From Squalus acanthias (lineage: Eukaryota): a stretch of 64,000 nt of DNA. Position 1 is the stretch's first letter. Each line of letters begins with the position of its first letter. The notes beneath the pieces were generated by a model, which worked only from the letters and a program-made list of their open reading frames with translations, was not told where the DNA came from and did no database searches. Shown here one piece after another: positions 38,559 through 49,814 of the stretch. The stretch is from contig CM059432.1 of assembly GCA_030390025.1 (NCBI GenBank), positions 108,874,001-108,938,000 on the forward strand. The letters run 5' to 3'. The position numbers and the translations under genes were made by a program.

Positions 38559-40741
38559 ATAGCCGTTAGCCTAATATCTGTTGTCGGGAAATTAAAGGGT
38601 AGGCCATACCTAACGAACCGGATTAATTTTTTGAAGAGGTGACTAAAGTATTGGACAGGGGAATGTCTCTGGATGTTATTTATATGGACTTCCAGAAGGC
38701 ATTCGATAAAGTCCCTCATAAGAGACTGTTAGCTAAAGTTGAAGCTCATGGAACTGAGGGCAAATTACTGACCTGGTTAGGAGAGTGCCTGAGCGGCAGG
38801 AGACAGAGACAGGGATAATGGCCAGGTACTGTAATTGACAGGATGTGACTAGTGGCGTCCCACAGGGATCTGTGTTGGGGCCTCAACTATTCACCATATT
38901 TATTAACAACTTAGATGAGGGGATAGAGAACCACATATCCAAGTTTGCCGATGACACAAAGATAGGCGGCATTGTAAGCAAATGTAGATGGAAGCATAAA
39001 ATTACAAAGAATAGCCAAAACTGTGGCAAATGGATTTCAGTATAGGCAAGTGGTGAGGTCATCCCCTTTGGACCTAAAAAGGATAGATCAGCTTACTTTC
39101 TAAATGGTGAACAGCTAGAAGCAGTGGAGGTCCAAATGAGTTCGGGGTCCATGTATATCGATCATTAAAATGTCATGGACAGGTACAGAAAATAATCAAA
39201 AAGGCTAATGGAATGATGGCCTTTATATCTAGAGGACTAGAATACAAGGGGTAGAAGTCATGCTCCAGCTATACAAAGCCCTGGTTAGATCACACCTGGA
39301 GCACTGTGTTCAGTTCTGGGCACCACACCGAAGGAAGGATATATTGGCTTTGGAGGGAGTGCAGCGTGAATTTACTAGAATGGTACCTGGTTTCCAAGGG
39401 TTAAATATCAGGAAAGATTACACAAATTAGGGTTGTATTCCCTGGAATTTAGAAGATTAAGGGGTGATTTGATCAAAGTTTTAAAGATATTAAGGGGAAC
39501 TGATAGGGTAGATAGAGAGAAACTATTTCCGGTTGGGGAATCTAGGACTGGGGAACGTAGCCTAAAAATTACAGCCAGGTCTTCAGCAGTGAATTTAGGA
39601 AAGTTTGGAACTCTCTTCCACAAAAGACAGTTGATGCTGGGTCAATTGTTAATTTTAAATCTGAGATTGATAGATTTCTTGGTCACAATGCAAAAATAAA
39701 AACAACACAAAATAAACATTCCAAACCATATTTATAAATCAAAGCATGCCATATTGCATAGAAACTTAAACTAATCACCAATGTGCATTCCCTTAGTGCC
39801 TGTCTTCCGTGTGCCATTCCCTGTCTTAGTGTTACCTCAGTGGCTGCAGCATGGCTGGTGGAAGGCTGCTGACTTTTAGTGGGGAAGACTACAGATGGGC
39901 TTGGCAGACGACCTCAAGCCGCTCTGGACCTAGAAGGCCCTGCTTCAAACTACACCATCTCGGCATGGGTGGCAGCAGTCTGGGCTGGCTGGCTGACAGG
40001 CAACAGCAAGGGCACTGGTGGAGTGGCAGTGGTGGGAAGACGAATGCTGTCATCCTGAGAGAGGACACAGGTTCGTGCTCCACGGAGCCACTGCCACTCC
40101 CCCGGGGTGGCACCTCAGCAATCCTAGTAATCTGTTGGAGGACAGATTGCTGGACTGCTGTGACACCCTGCAAGCCCCTTTGAACACTAGTAACCGCAGC
40201 CATGATGGCAGAAAGTTGACCTTGCATGACAGAAGTCTGAGCTTCCACTGCAGCACTCAGATGTTGGGTGGCTTCTGCTTGTGCTGCAATGGCAGCTGAG
40301 ATATCAGCCATCAGAGGCTGAAACATGGTTGGGTCCAAAAGGTTGAAGGAAAGAGTAAAAGATAGGAAGAAAGAGAAAAAAGGAACAAGTGTTAAAATAA
40401 AGGTAAGCAGAAAGTAATATCAAAGTTGATAAGACAGAAAATACAGAAAGGGGTTAATGAAAGGCTTTCATAGATGGAACATTTCTTACTTTGCATGGAA
40501 TTTCTGGAGAAAAACAAGCAGAAAACAATGAAATACCAAACTCCGCAAACTGTGCAGCAATAATAATCAGATGTGGGAATCCTGACCCATTTCCCCCCAC
40601 CCTAACGTAGCTTTTGTCAGGCTGGTTTGAAGTCATGGCCTCTGCTATTTGCAGTTAAGCCAATCTAGGATGCAAGGGGACATTCCCTGTAACTGACATC
40701 ACTGGAACGGTGTGACAGGGAGGGAGACCCTACTTAAGGGT

Positions 40742-40935
40742 TGTCGTAAGAATGAGCCTTACGCGTGGTGAACTTAAAGTAAGCTTTAATCAACTAAAAA
40801 GGTGCTACATACAAAAGAGGTCTTACTCTATGCCTCTCCAGGATCCAACTGATCAGTCCAGTATTTATCCTGGACTAATCACAGGAAGTGATGCAATAAA
40901 GTTCGAGTCACAGGAAGCTGTATTGTGTTACCACA
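40742..40935 (-). repeat. 3' LTR
   Basis: Direct repeat of 44986-45179; adjacent to the polypurine tract. Confidence 0.97.
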
Positions 40936-40954
40936 TTCTCCCCCCCCCAAAAGA

Positions 40955-43900
40955 TTAGGAGGCCGGGATGCTCCCTCCATTTCGTAGCCGCTGGACGAGG
41001 GAGAGCCGCACCCGTTTGGGTTCTCGTAGCGGTAGAGGGCCCCTAGCCCGTTTACCCGCCGCGGGCCGTGGACCAGAGTCCGAGTGATCCAGCCTGCTCT
41101 GTGAGGGGTCAGGACGATCCTGACTGTGTACTGGTGCCCGAACGGGTGTCGGGCAGGGCTGTGGCAGATCCGTTTCCGAGCGTACGGTACGGGGTGGATC
41201 GTGGCTGCGCGTGCGAGCCCCGACGGGCTCATAGTCAGTCTGCCCCAGGTCGGCACGCTGGAGTGAGGTACCAGCCAGCGTCAGATCCAGATCGTGATGA
41301 GAGGCACCTGGCGAGCCCAGAGATGTGCCTGGTACAATATCATCCCCTGGTGTCCCTCTATGTTTCGGCGGGCAGGGAGCCAGATCCCGCAATGACACGG
41401 TAGATTCCCGACCGTCAGGATACCGAATATAGGCGTAGGTAGGGTTGACGTCAGTGAGCTCAACCTCATCTACCAGGGGGTCATTCTTAGATGCCCGGAC
41501 ATATCTTCGGAGTAGCACCCGGTGCAGTCAGCCACGATGGGAGAGATATCCCATAGGATGAGCGACGCTGAAATCGAAAGAACCGTTCATGAGGCGTCGT
41601 ATTTGTGGCGGTCGAAAGGAGGGACCGTGTGGAGTGTAATGTGTCTGGAAGTACTGCTTCCCATTGCTGGTTGGGTAGGCCCCGAGATCTCAAAGCCAGA
41701 CGTACCGCATTCCAGATGATAGCGTTAAAATGCTCGACTTGCCCATTCCCGACCGGATGATAAGGCGTCGTTTTGCTGGCAGCAATACCCCGTTCTGAGA
41801 GATAGGCCTCGAGTTCTCCTGACATAAAAGAAGGGCCCCGATCCGAATGAATATAGGATGCCATGCCACAGAAAGCAAATACCTGCTCAAGGCAGCTGAT
41901 AACCGTGGTCGTCAGCATATTGGGGCAGGGAAAGGCAAACGGAAAACGGGAATACTCATCGACCATGGTCAATAGATAAGTGTTGCAAGTTGAAGAGGGC
42001 AACGGCCCCTTAAAATCGATGCTAAGCCGTTGCATTGGCTGGGTCGCATGTATGAGTATACCACCCGAGGGGCGGAAAAACTGAGGTTTCAATTCCGCAC
42101 AGACTCTGCAGTCCGAGCACATCTTCTTTACATCCCCGGTAGAGAATGGGAGATTTCGGGACCGCACGAAGTGTAGCATGCGAGTAATGCCCGGATGACA
42201 CAACCCATCATGGATGTCTACGTGCGGAGAGGGTGCCATGGCGGAGCAGAATGCTCGTGTGAGGGTATCCGGAGCCACATTCTCCTTGCCAGGTCGATAG
42301 TGGATGGTGTAACCAAAAGAGGCCAATTCCAGCCGCCAAAGCTGGATTTTATTATTTTTAATTTTGGTCCGTTTTCGATTATCGAGCATGAAGGCGACCG
42401 ATCGCTGGTCCGTGATTAAGGTAAAAGTGCTGGCGAGCTAGGAGATGACTCCACTTCCGTACTGCCTCTATGATGGCTGTAGCTTCTTTCTCAACTGGAG
42501 GATAATGTAGCTCAGCCCCTTGAAAAGTCCTGGACAAAAATGCCACCGGACGACCTTCCTGATTCAGAGTGGCCGAGATCGCCACCTCCGAGGCATCACA
42601 CTCAACAACAAAAGTAAGACTCTCATCGATGGAGTGAAGAGCCGCTTTCTCCAACTGTTTTTTCAGGAGGTTAAAGGCTGCAACAGCCGCTGTGTCTAGT
42701 GGGAATGTGCTGGCCTTCAGTAGAGGTTGGATTCGGTCTGAGAAGTTAGGAATCCATTTAGCATAGTATGCAAACAGGCCGAGGGCCCGGCGCAAGGAGG
42801 CCTGATTCTTAGGTGGTGGGAGTTCTTGGAGTGGGCGAAGCCTTTCAGGGTCAGGTTTAATGATGCCATTGCCCACACAATAGCCAAGGATGTTGATGGT
42901 TGGTTGTGACTCAATGGATTTAGCCGCATTTAATGTCAAATTACGGTGCTGGAGTGCATCCCAAAATCGTTGGAGATTGGCGTCATGTTCCCGCTGATTG
43001 CGACCTGCGACAGTAATATTGTCCAGATAAGGAAACGTATCCTTCAAGTCTTCCTGTTTGACCAGGTCATCCATTGCTCGCTGGAAGACAGCCACTCCAT
43101 TAGTGACCCCAAAGGGGAGGCGACGAAATTGATACAGCCGTCCATTGGCTTCAAAGGCCGTATACTGCTTGTCTGAGACCTTCAAGGGTACCTGATGATA
43201 GGCACTTTTCAGATCATATGTTGAGAACACCGTGTACTCAGCCAGTTTATTAACCATATCATCTATGCGCGGCAATGGGTATGCGTCCAAGTCCGTATAT
43301 TGATTGATGGTCTGTGAATAGTCAATGCACAGCCGTTTCTTGTGAGGTTGTAGAGGGTTCTTAACAATAACGACCTGGGCGCGCCATGGCGACGAACAAG
43401 GCTCGATGATATCCTCTGCTAAAAGCCGAGAAATCTCAGCCGCAATAAAAGACTGGTCTTCCTGACTGAAACGTCGTGACTTTGTTATAATCGGTTTTCA
43501 TCGAGGAGGGATACTGGTAAACAGTGAGGGTTCATCCAGTGAAGCTGCTGACAATGCACGGAACGGTAATCGAGGTAGTATATTAGAAATAGTGAGTTCA
43601 GGTTTGGATCCGCCGAACTCAATGGTGAGCTTCTTATGCTGCTTTTGAAAATCCAGCCCTAAGATAAGATCACTACATAAGTCCTTGAGCACCGAAAGCC
43701 GGGTGGAGGGATACCTGTGACCATTAAGTGTTATTTCAACCATACAAAAGCCAGAAATTCTGGTATTAAGTGATGACTGAGCCATCGCAATTGCCTGGTC
43801 CGATGGGAAAACATGTAGCTTTAACTCTGCAACAATCTGTTCCCTAATGAAACTATCAGTGCTACCTGAGTCAATTAAGGCATCTAAAGTATGTCCATTA

Positions 43901-44907
43901 ATTGATGCTTTTGTAGCTGCATGGAATAGGTTCTGAGGACAAGCAGCTGTAATTGGTGTCGTTGCACAAAGAGTGGCTGAAACTCTAGGTGTGTTTCTTC
44001 GAGAGGAAACCCGAGAGGAAGCACGATAGATTCTAGCCGGAACATCTTGATAGGCCCTTACCGGGTTAGTTCGGTAGGACTTAGCTTGATAAGCCCTCGT
44101 AGAGGCTCTTGATAGGCAAACCTTTGCAAAATGACCCTTTTTGTTGCAATGACTGCAAAACGCATTGCGAGCAGGGCAGAATTTCCGAGGGTGAAACTCA
44201 TCACCACAAAAGAAGCATTTCTTAGATTGCCAAGAGGCTGCCACAGTGGGGTCATCATCCTCTTCATCAGTGAAGTCATCAGATTGATCGTCAGGGATAA
44301 AGTCCTCCCTAATAGAGTTCACCTGTGGCCTCTTAAATTGCCTGACTGTAGTTAAGGCAGCAGACCGAGGTCTGGGCACTGTATAAAGGGCTGCATTTCT
44401 TTTTGCCAGATCTAGAGAGCAAGCCATGTCATAAGCTCTCTGAAGCTCAAGTGTCTTACTTTCCAGTAGACGCTGGCGTATAAATGGGGAGGCAAGCCCG
44501 CAGATGAAAGCATCACGGATCATTTCTTCACGGTACAGCTCAGCTGAGGCCGCCTGAAAGTTACAGTCCATACTAAGTCTGCGAAGCTCTTGGAGGAATT
44601 TATCAATGGATTCCTCCGGCCCTTGTTGGGCTGTAGCTAGTAGATGTCTGGCATAGACCTCATTCGGTGTCTTAGTATATAGTCTCTTAAGTGTCCGAAT
44701 TGCCTCCTCGTAACTGTCCCATTCCTCCACATACTGAAATACATTCGGGGTGACACAGTTGATGAGTATCCGCAACTTTGAGTCATCATCAGCCTTGCAA
44801 TATTCAAGAAAATTGTCAAACGTGCGATACCAGTGTTTCCACACCTTACCGGCTGCTGGGGTGTTTGGGTCCAAGTCAAGACGCGATGGTTTAAGGATGT
44901 TTTCCAT
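40955..44907 (-). pseudogene. gag-pol polyprotein with one stop (43498-43500) and two frameshifts (~42425, ~41520)
   Basis: Knuckles CFFCGDEFHPRKFC and CSHCNKKGHFAKVC; LIDSGS protease; LPFG..YLDN RT; ECDAS RNase H; HHCC plus IDFKG/SDRG/GQVE integrase. Confidence 0.93.
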
Positions 44908-44985
44908 GATGGGTGATTCCCTGGATCCTTAGTTCCGAGTTCATCCAAAAAGTTTGAGTGCGAAGTTTTCCAAAGTTGATTAAAT

Positions 44986-45179
44986 TGTCGTAAGAATGAG
45001 CCTTACGCGTGGTGAACTTAAAGTAAGCTTTAATCAACTAAAAAGGTGCTACATACAAAAGAGGTCTTACTCTATGCCTCTCCAGGATCCAACTGATCAG
45101 TCCAGTATTTATCCTGGACTAATCACAGGAAGTGATGCAATAAAGTTCGAGTCACAGGAAGCTGTATTGTGTTACCACA
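44986..45179 (-). repeat. 5' LTR
   Basis: No difference from the 3' LTR seen by eye; sense strand has GATAAATA (TATA-like) and ATTAAA. Confidence 0.97.
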
Positions 45180-45679
45180 AGGGTCATAATTAATTCTCAT
45201 TTAGTGCACTAAGATTGAACTAGCCCCTCTCTCCCAAGATTATCATGAAAAAAGTCAGGGCATACTCAAAATTAGAAGGTGGACATGGTGTGCCTAAGTG
45301 GACAATGAAAACTCTTCTATCTTGGACTCGTTCCCATATAAATCCATGATGTATGATTTTAACCAGTGTGAAGTGCCAACCATCACATCTGTCATAAAAT
45401 CTCTTACGAATCAGAAATTTAGTATAGGCAAAGAAAGGAGCTTACATTTCAACTTTTATATAGCTGTTCTTGACTCAATATAATTGGCGTACAATATTAA
45501 GTATGTATCTACATAAGCTGTAAGTATCAGGTACTGTGAAATTTGTATAACTTGTACAATGCTGCATCTGATTTCTAAAACCTCAACATAAACTACACAA
45601 AAAAAATACGTATCTATGCAATATTATCCACTCTAAGAGGGCCATTTTTACATATTGTACACATCATAGTAACATAACT

Positions 45680-47790
45680 TACCCACATAGGAACAGGAGG
45701 AGGCCATTTAGCCCCTCGAGCCTGTTCCACCATTCAATGAGATCATGGCTGATCTGTGACCTAACTTCATATACCCGCCTTTGCTCCATCTCCCTTAATA
45801 CCTTTGGTTAACAAAAAGCTATCAATCTCAGATTTAAAATTAACAATTGATCTAGCATCAACTGCCGTTTGCGGAAGAGAGTTCCAAACTTCTACCACCC
45901 TTTGTGTGTAGAAGTGTTTCCTAACTTCACTCCTGAAAGGTCTGGCTCTAATTTTTAGACTATGCCCCCTAGTCCTAGACTCCCTAACCAGCTGAAATAG
46001 TGTCTCTCTATCTACCCTATCTGTTCCCCTTAATATCTTGCAAACTTCGATCAAGTCACCCTTAATCTTCTAAATTCCAGGGAATACAACCCTAGTTTGT
46101 GTAATCTCACCTCGTAATTTAACCCTTGGAGTCCAGGTATCATTCTAGTAAATCTACGCTGCACTCCTTCCAAGGCCAATACATCCTTCCTAAGGTGTGG
46201 TGCCCAAAACTGAACACAGTACTCCAGGTGTGGTCTCACCAGTGCTTTATATAGCTGCAGCATAAGAACATAAGAACATAAGAAATAGGAGCAGGAGTAG
46301 GCCAATCGGCCCTTCGAGCCTGCTCCGCCATTCAATAAGATCATGGCTGATCTGATCCTCACCTCAAATCTAAAGAACACAAGAAGTAGGAGCAGGACCC
46401 GGCCACTCAGCCCCTGGGCCCGCTACGCCACCCACAGGGCCTCGACCAATCCGAACTCAGCCTCATGTCCAGTTTCCTGCCCGCTCCCCGTAACCCCTAA
46501 TTCCCTTTACTTCTAGGAAACTGTCTATTTCTGTTTTAAATTTATTTAATGATGTAACTTCCACAGCTTCCTGGGGCAGCAAATTCCACAGACCTACTAC
46601 CCTCTGAGTGAAGAAGTTTCTCCTCATCTCAGTTTTGAAAGAGCAGCCCCTTATTCTAAGATTATGCCCCCTAGTTCTAGTTTCACCCATCCTTGGGAAC
46701 ATCCTTACCGCATCCACCCGATCAAGCCCCTTCACAATCTTATATGTTTCAATAAGATCGCCTCTCACTCTTCTGAACTCCAGTGAGTAGAGTCCCAATC
46801 TACTCAACCACTCCTCATATGTCCACCCCCTCATCCCGGGGATTAACCGAGTGAACCTTCTTTGTACTGCCTCGAGAGCAAGTATGTCTTTTCTTAAGTA
46901 TGGACACCAAAACTGTATGCAGTATTCCAGATGCGGTCTCACCAATACCTTATATAACTGCAGCAATACCTCCCTGTTTTTATAATCTATCCCCCTAGCA
47001 ATAAAAGCCAACATTCCGTTGGCCTTCTTGATCACCTGCTGCACCTGCATACTAACTTTTTGATTTTCTTGCACTAGGACCCCCAGATCCCTTTGTACTG
47101 CAGTACTTTCCAGTTTCTCGCCATTAAGATAATAACTTGCTCTCTGATTTTTCCTGCCAAAGTGCATAACTTCACATTTTCCAATATTGTATTGCATCTG
47201 CCAAATCTCCGCCCACTCACCCAGCTTGTCTATATCCCCTTGTCAGTTTTTTATGTCCTCCTCACTTTCTACTTTCCCTCCCATCTTTGTATCATCTGCA
47301 AACTTTGATATGTTACACTCGGTCCCCTCCTCCAAATCGTTAATATAGATTGTAAAGAGTTGGGGACCCAGCACCGACCCCTGCGGAACACCACTGGCTA
47401 CTGGTTGCCAGTCCGAGAATGAACCATTTATCCCAACTCTCTGCTTCCTGTTAGATAACCAATCCTCCACCCATGCCAGAATATTCCCCCCAATCCAGTG
47501 ATTTTTTATCTTGAGCAATAAACTTTTATGTGGCACCTTGTCGAATGCCTTCTGGAAGTCTAAATACACTACGTCCATTGGTTCCCCTTTATCCACCCTG
47601 TACGTTATGTCCTCAAAGAACTCAAGCAAATTTGTCAGACATGACTTCCCCTTCATAAAGCCATGCTGACTTTGTCCTATTAAATTATGTTTATCTAAAT
47701 GTTCCGTTACTGTCTCCTTAATAATAGCATGACTTCTAATCCCTTGTATTCTAATCGTCTTGATAGGCTTACATTAACTACGCATCGAGC
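45680..47790 (-). mobile_element. CR1 3' fragment (45680-46263 plus 47727-47790) interrupted by a younger CR1
   Basis: [23 protein letters not shown] is contiguous across the insert; AGCAT duplication. Confidence 0.85.
46264..47726 (-). mobile_element. CR1 LINE RT and 3' end
   Basis: [38 protein letters not shown]; (TTCTTATG)3 tail. Confidence 0.95.
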
Positions 47791-47841
47791 TGGAAATATT
47801 ATTACCCCTTTAATTGGGACAACTAAGGTTATTGATATGTA

Positions 47842-48092
47842 AACAACAACAACTTGCATTTATATAGCACCTTTAACGTAGCAAAACGTCCCAAGGCGCT
47901 TCACAGTAGCGATTATTGAACACAATTTGACACCAAGCCACAGAAAGCGATATTAGGACAGGTGACCAAAAGCTTGGTCAAAGAGGTCGGTTTTAAGGAT
48001 CGTCTTAAAGGAGGAGAGATAGCGAAGTGGAGATGTTTCGGGAGGGAATTCCAGAGCTTAGGGCCTTGACAGCTGAAGGCATGCTGCCAATG
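47842..48092 (-). mobile_element. L2-like LINE 3' end
   Basis: AFSCQGPKLWNSLP; tail aagcgccttgggacg..tatataaatgcaag(ttg)n, shared with the Deu-SINE tail. Confidence 0.75.
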
Positions 48093-48897
48093 GTAGAGCA
48101 AAGAAAATCGGGAATTTTTGTGAGTCTCCACTTCTGACACAGAGCCTCACAGATGGTGAGCATGCACCAGAGAATCAGGGCTAGAACCCTATCTCTCACA
48201 TTTCACAAGGCAGTTGAGCTTTGTGAAATTATGTCTATATATGCACTTCCTGAAAGGATGATAGAAGTAGATTCCATGGTATCTTTCAAAAGGGAATTGG
48301 ATATATACATGAAAAGGAAACATTTGCAGGGCTATGGGGAAAGAGCAGGGATGGGGAACAAATTCAAAGAACCAGCAGGCACAATGGGCTAAATGGCCTC
48401 CTTCTGTGCTATAAGGATCTGTGATATGTATATATTAAATGTATCTTAAACTTGTAAAAAGTTTATCATATAGCACACAGTTACTTTAAGTGTCACATTT
48501 ACTTGTAACACTTTCCCTGCCACACTTTGTTGATAGCTCACCTATTGTTCTAAAGCAGTGCATCCGCCAACTGACTGTGAGCAATGCCACAGGTGATTTG
48601 CTAGTAAATATTAGCAGATCTGCATTGGTTTTGCTCATGGTGAGTTGAAGGATATGATGTTTGATATTAAAGAAGTGTGTTATCAACAAATTGTAATGGG
48701 GAAAGTATTACAAGAAGGACGTGTGACACTTAAAGGAAATACACACTTTATGCAAGACTTTTAGAATAGATAGAAACAAATCTCCATGGGATTGCTCAGC
48801 TAAAATCAATGACTTTGATATAAATGAGATGGAAGTCCTAGACAGGTTATAAGGGCTCAAACTAAATAAATCACTAAGGATTGGAGTGCTGCAAGAG

Positions 48898-49322
48898 TTT
48901 TTTTTATTCATTCACAGGATTCACAGGCGTCGCTGGGAAGGCCAGCATTTATTGCCCATCCCTAATTGCCCTCGAGAAGGCGGTGGTGAGCCGCCTTCTT
49001 GAATACAACTGAGTGGCTTGCTAGGCCATTTCAGAGAGCAGTTAAGAGTCAACCACATTGCTGTGGGTCTGGAGTCACATAGAGGCCAGACCAGGTAAGG
49101 GCAGCAGATTTCCTTCCCTAAAGGACATTCGTGAACCAAATGGATTTTTACGACAATCCGGTAGTTTCATGGACACCATTACTAATACTAGATTTTTATT
49201 CCAGATTTATTTTAATTGAATTTAAAATCCCCATCTACCATGGTGGAATTTGAACTCCTGGATCATTAGTCCAGGTCTCTGAATTACTAATCCAGTAACA
49301 TAACCACTATGCTACTGTTCCC
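48898..49322 (-). mobile_element. tRNA-derived SINE with the 3' end of the RTEX/CR1-like LINE
   Basis: Minus strand A-box TAGCATAGTGG and B-box GAGTTCAAATT; last ~100 nt match 520-621. Confidence 0.75.
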
Positions 49323-49814
49323 AAGTCTAGGGACAAGATTTGTGAGGCACTGTAATGAGGGAGGCACTGGACTTGGGGGAGGTACTAGGAGATTGGAAAT
49401 AGGCCAATGTGGTGCCTCTTTTCAAAAAGAGTGATAAAGCATACACAGTCTGCTACAGACCCAATAGTCTCACTTCCATTCTATGTAAATGAATAGCATT
49501 GATTATCAGGAGTAAACTTGTGGAGTATCTGTAAATTAATAGTATAGTAAATTGAACCCAGTAAATAGCAGCCAACATGGATTCAGAAGGGGAACTTTAT
49601 GCCTGACCAACTTACTCAACTTCTTTGAGGAAATGACATCCCAAGCTGATTATAGAAAGCCCTACGACATAGGGTACTAGATTTCCAAAAGGCACTTGAC
49701 AAAGTTTCATGCAAAAGATTATTAGTCAAACAAATTTTGGGGGGATTCAGAGTAAACCCTGGAAATGGCGAAGAAACTGGCTGAAGGGTAGAAATCAATG
49801 ATTGAGTTATGTCA

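Larger units (their letters stand above)
31340..39690 (+). mobile_element. Originally full-length CR1 LINE (5' UTR, Zn-finger/leucine-zipper/esterase ORF1, ORF2) broken by five insertions
   Basis: CLDCSMW..HVCRRCLRLESLRLRVIELECEL (31622); VHVGTNN esterase; YANAQSIRNK..VAITETW (APE); [15 protein letters not shown] (38845); C-terminus ~39650. Confidence 0.88.
40742..45179 (-). mobile_element. Ty3/Gypsy LTR retrotransposon, full length (4438 bp), coding region disrupted
   Basis: 194-bp TG..CA LTRs, AGGGT TSD (40737-40741, 45180-45184), PPT ~40936-40948, order gag-PR-RT-RH-IN. Confidence 0.97.

Noticed and set aside
40752..40958. Duplicated small + strand ORF (also 44996-45193)
   Set aside because: Antisense translation of the two LTRs
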